This document shows positions 9,291-17,175 of a DNA stretch of 18,743 nt, piece after piece. Position 1 is the stretch's first letter; every line of letters starts with the position of its first letter. The notes beneath the pieces were generated by a model. The model was given only the letters and a program-made list of their open reading frames with translations. It ran no database searches and was not told where the DNA came from. Source of the stretch: Candidatus Hodarchaeum mangrovi (GTDB taxonomy: Archaea > Asgardarchaeota > Heimdallarchaeia > Hodarchaeales > Hodarchaeaceae); contig JAEOUE010000091.1 in the NCBI GenBank assembly GCA_016839515.1, positions 1-18,743 of the forward strand, in the 5' to 3' direction. Position numbers and translations under genes: made by a program.

Positions 9291-9683
9291 TTTTAGCATT
9301 GATACATTATGAGATTTGCCAAATGAAAGATCATAGAAAAAAAATAATTTTTTGAAAGTTAAAACCGGTTTATTTATACCATAAAGCAGGAAAAGTACAA
9401 TAACTTACCTGTAAAAATTTTTAAATGAAAATTTTACAAAAATTTAATTAATTAGGATTGAAAAAACTTAATCTGAGGATGTTTAAATCAAGGATGTTTG
9501 AAAGTAGTCCATTACATAATTAGTTGCAAGATTAGAAGAAGCTAGGGTGTAGAACAAAGAAACAAAGACAAATTTACCTAATTTAAAGACTAATTACTCC
9601 TTAAAATTTTATAAAGGAGTGTGTTTTATGACAAAGGAAATTATCATCCTTGAACAGGAAAATGCTCGAATCCAATAACTGAG

Positions 9684-12488
9684 ATGAGATCAATGAAAAT
9701 GAGTAAACAACTAGTAAATCCGATGATATTGAAGAAAATAGTTCTCTTATTCTTGTTAGCATTTACAGGTCTTTCAACTTTGTACTTAATCCCAACACCA
9801 CAAAATTCTCCTCTAGCTTCCGAAATACCTTCAATAAATGAAAATTTTACTCACCCTACATTTTCCTATCAGGTACATATCCCTATATTTATTGATGATA
9901 ATTCTGATTTTACCACATTAGGCTTTTCAGGAAATGGTACTCCAACAAATCCATTTATGATTAATAATTATAATATTACAGGTTCCTCTTCTGAAACCTT
10001 AATCGAAATTCGAAATACTGATCTTTATTTCAAGATAATTGATTGCTTTCTAGATCGTGGAAAATATGGGATAGTCTTTACTAATGTCACAAATGCAGTT
10101 GTTTTTAATAATACAATCCAAAGAAGCAAGGGCTTAGTAGGACAAGGAGATGCAATTGTTTTAAATTTATGTTATTACAGTAATTTTACACATAATCGAA
10201 TAATAGGCCATGATCACATTGCATTTAGCGTTGATAATTCATATTTTCTTGATATTTCCTATAATAACATAACCCATAATGATTATGGAGGTATTTATCT
10301 TGGTAATTCACATAACAATACACTAACCAATAATTATCTCCTTAATTCCTCTAGGGATGGGATTAATCTAGGGGATTCAACAGACAATCTGATTTCGGGA
10401 AATATTCTTGAAGAACAGGGAAAAGGTATTTACTTATACAACGCTAATGAGAATAACATAACGTGTAATCGTCTTGGGAATATCAGTGATAACGGTATTC
10501 GTATCGAAGCCTCGCATTCCAACCAACTAATTAATAATACTCTAAATGCAACTGCAAGGAATTTAGTTCTCATGACTGCTCCAAATAACACTATTCTCGA
10601 TAATAAAATATCTGTTTTAGGCATCGCTATATCAGGAAGTACACTAAAAGACCATTTGCAACGTCAAGTAGCAAACAACTGGGTTAATAATCGACCACTC
10701 ATTTTTTGGCAACATATTAATGGAGGAGTGATACCATCAGATGTAGGACAGGTAATACTTATTAATTGTACAGATATTGAGATTTCCAAACAAAATCTAT
10801 CAAATCTCACAAGTGCTTTACAAGTTTTATATTGTACTGATATGAAAATTATTAATAATACAATTTTTGATGCTGATTTTAACGGTATCTACCTATATAA
10901 TACTAATAAGAGTCAAATTCATGGGAATAATATTTACCGTACTGTCTCAAATGGACTTTATGTTGTTTATTCTCATAACAATTCATTTATTGATAATACT
11001 ATTTCTGAGGGTTTAGATATCAGTTTATATGTGTGGGGATCTCATCAAAACAATTTTTCGCAAAATGTGATTTCACGTTCTTTTGGGTGGGGTATACTTC
11101 TTGGTCAAGCGAATAACAACACAATGATGTTAAATCGAGTTGAGAACTCTTCATATGAAGGTATATTCTGCTATGAATCAAAAAATAACAACATAGAAAA
11201 AAATGATTTTCTCTTTAATTATATTGGATACCCTCAAGCATTTGATGATCAGACAAATCCTGATTTTAAAAATATCTTTTCACATAATCATTGGAATGAT
11301 TGGACTATTCCTGATAATGATTTAAATCGGATAGTAGATCAACCATACGATATTGAGGGATTAGCTAATAACCAAGATTTATATCCATTGACTGTGCCTT
11401 ATCTTCAATACGTACATAAAATAACAAAACCTACTCTAGTTCATCCCAATGGAGGAGAGATTTTATCGGGATTAACTTCAATTCAATGGAGTATGGCCAA
11501 TGATTCGTGGGATCACAAAGTTAGTTATACCCTTTATTATTCTTCTGATAATGGCTCATCATGGATATTACTTCAAACCAATCTAACTGTAACAACTTAT
11601 ACTTGGGATACCAATACAGTTGCTGATGGCTCAGAATATCTCATTCAGATTATAGTTAACTGCTCAGAGGGATTGATAATAAGTGATTATTCTAATAGTC
11701 CCTTTAAAATAGAAAACCTGAAGCATGCGTTATCGATACCTCATGTTATTTATCCTAATGGCGGAGAAAGCCTTACTGGCCAAGTAACCATCCAGTGGAA
11801 TAATGCTATGGACTCTTGGAACCACCTGGTACTATACACTCTTTATTATTCTGCAAATAATGGATCTACATGGATTTTACTCATATCTGATTTAAATTCC
11901 AATTCTTATATCTGGAATACTCTAATTATTGATGAAGGAGCAAATTATCTGATCAAAGTAGTAGCCACTTGTACAGGTGATTTGACAATCGCTGATATTT
12001 CTGATAATACCTTTAGCGTGACACGAGTCTCTCATCAAATTTCACCTTTGATAATATTGTATCCGAATGGTGGAGAAGTCATTTCAGGAAGTATTACAGT
12101 CCTTTGGATTGAGGTTGGTGATTCACTCAATCATTCAATTATCTATTCTCTATACCTCTCCTATGATAATGGAGTCACCTGGTTTGAATTAACGAATAGT
12201 CTAACATTACCCACTTATATGTGGAATTCTACAAGTGTCGCTGATGGTGACAATTATCTGATCAAGGTTATCGCTAGATGCTCGGAAGGATTAGAAATCG
12301 AAACTATTTCTGATGGTACATTTACTATTCAAAATGTCAGTAAAACTACCACAGCGTCTTCTACTGGGCCAATAGACACCTCAACCACCACAACAATGTC
12401 TAAACAAAAGAGTCCAGGTTGGTCTTTTCTTATTGTAATCCTTTCAATACTTAGCCTTTTAAAATTCATGAACCGTAACAAATTCTAA
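9684..12488 (+). CDS. Surface protein: right-handed parallel beta-helix (NosD/PbH1 repeats), three Ig/FN3-like repeats, Thr/Ser linker, PGW C-terminal anchor
   Basis: N-terminal hydrophobic segment; GNGTxxNPFxI, repeated GIxLxxSxNNxIxxN units, NHWNDW..PD.D.NRIVD.PY.I.G..NQDLYPL; tail KSPGWSFLIVILSILSLLKFMNRNKF. True start may be a later ATG. Confidence 0.9.
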   Translation: MRSMKMSKQLVNPMILKKIVLLFLLAFTGLSTLYLIPTPQNSPLASEIPSINENFTHPTFSYQVHIPIFIDDNSDFTTLGFSGNGTPTNPFMINNYNITGSSSETLIEIRNTDLYFKIIDCFLDRGKYGIVFTNVTNAVVFNNTIQRSKGLVGQGDAIVLNLCYYSNFTHNRIIGHDHIAFSVDNSYFLDISYNNITHNDYGGIYLGNSHNNTLTNNYLLNSSRDGINLGDSTDNLISGNILEEQGKGIYLYNANENNITCNRLGNISDNGIRIEASHSNQLINNTLNATARNLVLMTAPNNTILDNKISVLGIAISGSTLKDHLQRQVANNWVNNRPLIFWQHINGGVIPSDVGQVILINCTDIEISKQNLSNLTSALQVLYCTDMKIINNTIFDADFNGIYLYNTNKSQIHGNNIYRTVSNGLYVVYSHNNSFIDNTISEGLDISLYVWGSHQNNFSQNVISRSFGWGILLGQANNNTMMLNRVENSSYEGIFCYESKNNNIEKNDFLFNYIGYPQAFDDQTNPDFKNIFSHNHWNDWTIPDNDLNRIVDQPYDIEGLANNQDLYPLTVPYLQYVHKITKPTLVHPNGGEILSGLTSIQWSMANDSWDHKVSYTLYYSSDNGSSWILLQTNLTVTTYTWDTNTVADGSEYLIQIIVNCSEGLIISDYSNSPFKIENLKHALSIPHVIYPNGGESLTGQVTIQWNNAMDSWNHLVLYTLYYSANNGSTWILLISDLNSNSYIWNTLIIDEGANYLIKVVATCTGDLTIADISDNTFSVTRVSHQISPLIILYPNGGEVISGSITVLWIEVGDSLNHSIIYSLYLSYDNGVTWFELTNSLTLPTYMWNSTSVADGDNYLIKVIARCSEGLEIETISDGTFTIQNVSKTTTASSTGPIDTSTTTTMSKQKSPGWSFLIVILSILSLLKFMNRNKF
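11415..12335 (+). repeat. Three intragenic 103-aa repeats, period 309 nt (starts 11415, 11724, 12033)
   Basis: Consensus H...PNGGExxxGxxxxxWxxxxDSxxHxxxYxLYxSxxNGxxWxxL...YxWxT...G.xYLI....C. Confidence 0.9.
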
Positions 12489-12527
12489 ATGAACTTCAAA
12501 TTTGATAGATCATGATACCAAGACCTC

Positions 12528-12995
12528 TTAAGACCAAATTCCCAGAGACTTTCTTACAGCTACAATTTGCCCATAGTGATAGGAATTGTGTTGTAAAAGA
12601 ACAATTATTGCCTGAATAACAGGAGCTCCATCCCACGCAGGCATGGGTTGATGAAGATCAGTTGTTTTAATAAGCTCTTCAGCTTCCAAAAGACTCTCTT
12701 CAAACATTTTAACAAGATTAATAAAATTCTGATCATCGGATAAATAAGCAGCGTTTGGCCAATCATGATTTTTTGAGATATCTTTCCAATTTACTTCCTG
12801 TCCTCTAATTGACTCTAATATGGCTTTTTGCCAGATTTTTATATGATGTAGTAAGTCCCAACATGAATGGTTATCATTTTCTGGTTTAATTCGAGCATTA
12901 CTTGGTGTTAGCCCTTCTATGACTTTTTTAGGACTTAAATGGGTATATTTTCCATACAAACCATTGATCAAAGCTTTAACTACCGTTTCTGTCAT
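12528..12995 (-). CDS. DinB family four-helix-bundle protein
   Basis: HSCWDLLHHIKIW and LLQHNSYHYGQIVAVRKSLG metal-binding His motifs; GGTGA RBS upstream. Confidence 0.88.
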   Translation of the reverse strand: MTETVVKALINGLYGKYTHLSPKKVIEGLTPSNARIKPENDNHSCWDLLHHIKIWQKAILESIRGQEVNWKDISKNHDWPNAAYLSDDQNFINLVKMFEESLLEAEELIKTTDLHQPMPAWDGAPVIQAIIVLLQHNSYHYGQIVAVRKSLGIWS

Positions 12996-13193
12996 TTAAT
13001 CACCTACTATACTTCTTGTTGGAATTATCATATTTCATAAAATTATCATTTTTGAAGATTTGATCTTCAAACTTAAAATCCTACTTGTTGAAAATAAAAA
13101 TACTGTGTGAATGAGTATCTACTTCTACTGTCTGTATGACTATAAAACTTGTGCAATAGGCAAAACCATAAGTCTTGCAATGAATTTAGACTC

Positions 13194-13603
13194 ATGGATC
13201 CACTATTAAAAAAACTTCAATTCAAAGGATCAAAAGAAATTCTAATAATAAATTCTCCTAAGGAATTTGAAAAAGAACTCAAAAGGTTTCGAGAAGAAGC
13301 AACAGTCTTAGAAATAAAAGAAAAAAACAGGAAGTACGAATTTATATTAGTGTTTGTCGAAATTAGGAGGAAATCGTACAAAACGCTGATCTTGTAAAAA
13401 TTTTAGTCGAAAATGGTGTTCTTTGGTTTGCTTATCCTAAAAAATCATCAAAAAAATATAAATCAGATATTTCACGAGATGAAGGATGGAAACCATTAAA
13501 GAATCAACTATTTGAAGGTGTAAGACTAATAGCGATCGATACAGACTGGTTTGCATTAAGGTTTAGGCATATTAACGGCATAAAGTCGTTTTCTAAGGAG
13601 TAA
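13194..13603 (+). pseudogene. DUF3052-like protein split by a single frameshift
   Basis: MDPLLKKLQFKGSKEILIINSPKEF...FILVFVE in one frame; the -1 frame from about 13366 continues EEIVQNADLVKILVENGVLWFAYPKKSSKKYKSDISRDEGWKPL...FEGVRLIAIDTDWFALRFRH...SKE* (TAA 13601-13603). Confidence 0.8.
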
Positions 13604-13663
13604 AAAAAACATCATCAGATTAAAAGAGGGAATTAGATACTGAAATAATAATTTCAAATGGTT

Positions 13664-14638
13664 TTAAAGCCACAAATCTGTTGTTAAATACTTCAATCCA
13701 CTATCAGGTAATAAGACAATAATTGTTTTATCTCTTAACTTATTTTTTAGTAAATCAATTGCTGCAGCAACATTTGCCCCTGAAGAGAAACCAGCAAAAA
13801 TTCCTTCTTCCTGTGCTAATCTTCTAGTCATATTAATTACTTCCTCATCAGAGACTTGAAGAAAACCATCAGGGACTATATTTTCTAGATACTTCAGCTC
13901 AGCCATGTTATATCCTCCTCCTTGAATTTTATGGTCAATATTAGTAATTTTTTTCCCAGCTAGAACCGCCACACTCGTAGGTTCTACTATATAACATTGT
14001 ATTTTTGCATTATATTCCTTTAATGCTTTGTATATTCCAGAAAAACTCCCTCCTGACCCCACAAAATCACAGAAAGCATCAATATTACCATTGGACTGTT
14101 TAATTATTTCTTTTCCTGTATGCAAATAATGAGCTCGCCAATTTCCATCTAGTTTGAATTGATCTGCTCTAAATGCATTATATTCTTTTGTAAGTCTTTG
14201 TGTCTCCTTTTCCACCAATGCTAATGAATCACCTGAAACTTGTCCTGAAATTGCTCCTGGAGCTTGATCTACTAATATTACCTTAACCCCAAAGGCTCTC
14301 ATCATTCTGGCCCGTTCTTCTGTGTTTCCTTTACTCATAACAGCTATGAATGGATATCCTTTGATTGCACAGACTATAGCAAGACCAGTACCTGTATTTC
14401 CACTTGTAAGTTCAATTATTGTTTGACCAGGTTTTAGAATCCCAGCATTTTCAGCTTCTTCAATCATTTGTAATCCAATTCTATCTTTTTTTGAATATCC
14501 TGGGTTTAAAAATTCCAATTTAGCCAAAATACGACCAGAAGCCCCTTCTGTATTCCTAACCAATCTTTTTAAATCTACTAATGGTGTATTCCCAATTACA
14601 TCCAATATAGAATTACAAGTTCTTCTAGAGAAATCCAT
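13664..14638 (-). CDS. PLP-dependent cysteine synthase family protein
   Basis: IGNTPLV, AKLEFLNPGYSKKDRIG (PLP Lys), TSGNTG, VGSGGS, HKIQG, EEGIFAGFSSGAN, PDSGLKYL. ATG at 14638 preferred over TTG at 14644 because of RBS spacing. Confidence 0.92.
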   Translation of the reverse strand: MDFSRRTCNSILDVIGNTPLVDLKRLVRNTEGASGRILAKLEFLNPGYSKKDRIGLQMIEEAENAGILKPGQTIIELTSGNTGTGLAIVCAIKGYPFIAVMSKGNTEERARMMRAFGVKVILVDQAPGAISGQVSGDSLALVEKETQRLTKEYNAFRADQFKLDGNWRAHYLHTGKEIIKQSNGNIDAFCDFVGSGGSFSGIYKALKEYNAKIQCYIVEPTSVAVLAGKKITNIDHKIQGGGYNMAELKYLENIVPDGFLQVSDEEVINMTRRLAQEEGIFAGFSSGANVAAAIDLLKNKLRDKTIIVLLPDSGLKYLTTDLWL

Positions 14639-14938
14639 AAACAACCTTTCCTTTATTTGATTAATTTAGAAATATAACAAATAGCCATTAGATAATCTTG
14701 GAGAATTGAGTTCAATGTTCTCTTTAACCTCAAGAGATTTTTTAAAATAACTCGGGTAATAGCCTTTATACCTGAATCAAAAGAATCCGACAAAAACCTT
14801 GATGGAACAAAATTCTTTTTCATTCATTATTCAGTAAATTCTAGCTATATAACGAATTTGGTAAATAGAAAAAAATAATTAAAAGGAAAAGTGGAAACTG
14901 CAGAATCTAATTCTGTAATCATTCAGTTTGTAAAACAT

Positions 14939-15382
14939 CTAATCAGTTTCGTATTCACCAACAATAAAAGTAGCATGATACGAAGTCTTTGGAATAATCT
15001 CGGTTGAGATAGGATATGGCTTTAGCTCCTTAAACTTTGCATAATATTCCATAAAGGAAGCTTTATGTGAATTACTTGAATTTAAAATAAAATTTCCTAG
15101 ATCCTGACCATTAAATTCTATATTAATCATTAATGAAACTGTTCCTTCCCATATACAGATTACATCACTAGGACATCTTGAATCTTCTAATACATCAAGA
15201 AATTTTAGTTTAATTCCATGATCCTTTATAACTACTGAGTCTCCAACGTAAAGAGAAAATTCGGTGCCGATTTCACCAAAATTATCAGCTACTGATTGTT
15301 GCAACATAAAATAAGCAATCGAGGTTACACTGATAATAGTAAATAAAGAAATGAAGATAAATAACATTCGTTTTGAACTCAA
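14939..15382 (-). CDS. Membrane-anchored or secreted protein with DSRCPxxVxCxWxG motif, function unknown
   Basis: TTG start after AGGAG; N-terminal TM helix; EDSRCPSDVICIWEG and LKPYP motifs of a conserved uncharacterised family. Confidence 0.8.
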   Translation of the reverse strand: MSSKRMLFIFISLFTIISVTSIAYFMLQQSVADNFGEIGTEFSLYVGDSVVIKDHGIKLKFLDVLEDSRCPSDVICIWEGTVSLMINIEFNGQDLGNFILNSSNSHKASFMEYYAKFKELKPYPISTEIIPKTSYHATFIVGEYETD

Positions 15383-15436
15383 TTCAAATTTCTCCTAAAT
15401 AAGAAGAATGGTTTTTTATCTTAAAATACTACTGAT

Positions 15437-15452
15437 TAGAACACATGTTCTA
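15437..15452. promoter_or_regulatory. Palindromic candidate operator TAGAACA-CA-TGTTCTA
   Basis: Perfect 7-bp arms with a 2-nt spacer, about 55 nt upstream of the 15382 start and just upstream of a TATA-like TTTTAAGA on the minus strand. Confidence 0.45.
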
Positions 15453-15871
15453 TAACGCGGAACATCCTCAGAATATCTAATATCATTTATTGGATAGTAA
15501 ACGAACTATGCTTCGGTTTGAAAAAAAGGTGATTTAAGAATAGCTTTACTATTTTTTTGATAATAATCATACTACATTTCTGAAAATAATCCATTATCTG
15601 ACTATTAAAAAGAGATATTGGCCGAACCTTTCAGATAATCTATGAGAAATATACATTCACACCCCCTCATCTCACAGAGTAAAGAAAAGAAGGAGATTGC
15701 TTTGTTAAAAAAAGATATAACTTTTAACTAAAAAAATACCAAATTATTATTGAATATGAAGAATTAACTAAATATGGAAATACAATTATACAGGAAATAA
15801 ATGGATTTTTCAAATCTCAGCTGAAGAGCAAGCTTTTATTCGGAAAGATAGGATAGAGGTGTTGTTATTTA

Positions 15872-16075
15872 TTGAAAGTGGATGATTTATTAAAAGATCT
15901 GAAAGGTAAGAAAAAATTGCGTGAGATAAAATTCAATGCTTTGAGAGAAACTGATCGGGCTGAATTATGGTATTATATGGGGCAGTTGACTATTCTCGAC
16001 TATGTAATCAAATACTTGGAAGGGGAAACTTTCCCAAAGAAGACAACCATAATGGTAAACAATGATATATCATAG
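15872..16075 (+). CDS. Small hypothetical protein (67 aa, predicted helical)
   Basis: GAGGTG RBS before TTG; protein-like amphipathic sequence (ELWYYMGQLTILDYVIKYLEG); ends convergently with the acyltransferase at a T8 tract. Confidence 0.6.
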   Translation: MKVDDLLKDLKGKKKLREIKFNALRETDRAELWYYMGQLTILDYVIKYLEGETFPKKTTIMVNNDIS

Positions 16076-16093
16076 AAAGAAACCACTTTTTTT

Positions 16094-17002
16094 TCAATCT
16101 AATTTTTCCAACAATTCTGAGCTAATAATTTGCTGAAGCTCCCAGGGAGGAACTCGGATGAGTTTAAAAAGCAATTTATTAAAAGCATCTGTTTTATTTG
16201 AGGGAATAGTAATTTTATCGACCGTTGTCCCTAAAATATGTTCAAGAATTGTAAAAAAGGATTTCTCTTGGATAATCATCTGATCTCGGATTCTAACCAT
16301 AATTTCATCAGTGATTTCTCTAGCTGTGGAGAAAAAAACAGGATCAGTATCGTTCCAACCATTTTTACGAACATATTTATGCCAATAAATAGGTGGACCA
16401 AATGAAACAGAAATATATGAGTTAAATGTTGGAATTATTTTACCCCGCGATAATGCTTCAGCTGCCCCATGAATATAAGTGGGGATGACTGGGACTCTTC
16501 CATTAAGGGCTAAAACAAGTCGACCAACTCCAGTTTTTCCTTCTTTGATCAGATTGAAATAATCATGATAGGGAGTTCCAACAATCCGTTTCCCCTGGGG
16601 AGCGATAATAATACCTATCCCCTGCTTCAATAATTTAGCAGCATAGTTTAATGCTAATTCAGGCTTTTTAGGATAAATGGGAAAAGCACCAACATGAGGA
16701 GCTAGACGAAAAAACCAATTCTCTTGCATGATATTTCCAGCACCCATTAGAGCAATACGAGTTCTGGGTCCACGGGGAACTACAACAGCACTGGCCGCGA
16801 TAAAACCATCAAGATGACTTCGATGGTTAATACAAAAAATAATTGGGGTTCCTTCGGGAAACCTATTTAAATAATGTCGATTATGAACCTCCAATTTAAA
16901 AAATATACTCAGAAAACGTGGAATAACAGCAACAGGAAAAAAAGTGTAAAAGGCTCTATGGATAAAAGACCATTGAGCCATTGTTGTTTCTGGGACTTGC
17001 AT
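16094..17002 (-). CDS. Lysophospholipid / 1-acylglycerol-3-phosphate acyltransferase family (PlsC-like)
   Basis: Block I NHRSHLD (HX4D, 16808-16828), block II GAFPI, block III variant IAPQGKR, GKTGVGRL, block IV VPVIP, SFGPPI. Confidence 0.88.
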   Translation of the reverse strand: MQVPETTMAQWSFIHRAFYTFFPVAVIPRFLSIFFKLEVHNRHYLNRFPEGTPIIFCINHRSHLDGFIAASAVVVPRGPRTRIALMGAGNIMQENWFFRLAPHVGAFPIYPKKPELALNYAAKLLKQGIGIIIAPQGKRIVGTPYHDYFNLIKEGKTGVGRLVLALNGRVPVIPTYIHGAAEALSRGKIIPTFNSYISVSFGPPIYWHKYVRKNGWNDTDPVFFSTAREITDEIMVRIRDQMIIQEKSFFTILEHILGTTVDKITIPSNKTDAFNKLLFKLIRVPPWELQQIISSELLEKLD

Positions 17003-17175
17003 AGGTGTTCACTAAGGGATTTATACAATGAATTACAAAAAAATCTTTAATCTTTTACGTATATTGCTAGATATAATCCTTTGTAATAACTAGAGAGTTA
17101 TTTTAGTTTTGTGGTTCATGAGTAAAAGAGAAATAACAAGAACTGTTTTAGGAGAAATCAAGGAGATCTAATTTA

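Noticed and set aside
2068-12335. Domain repeats as CRISPR, DGR template/variable repeats or recombination cassettes
   Set aside because: They are in-frame protein repeats diverged at the DNA level, without adenine-specific variation, spacers, or a reverse transcriptase or recombinase nearby.
13149-13397. 82-aa ORF as listed in the track
   Set aside because: The likely start is ATG 13194 and the ORF is only the 5' half of a frameshifted gene.
14653-14823. 56-aa minus-strand ORF (MKKNFVPSRF...) ending at the cysteine synthase RBS
   Set aside because: No RBS, no recognisable motif, and it overlaps the probable promoter; cannot be supported.
15455-15860. Possible additional decayed gene in the long A-rich spacer
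   Set aside because: Protein-like fragments appear but stops occur in all frames and no family is recognisable; blastx would be needed.
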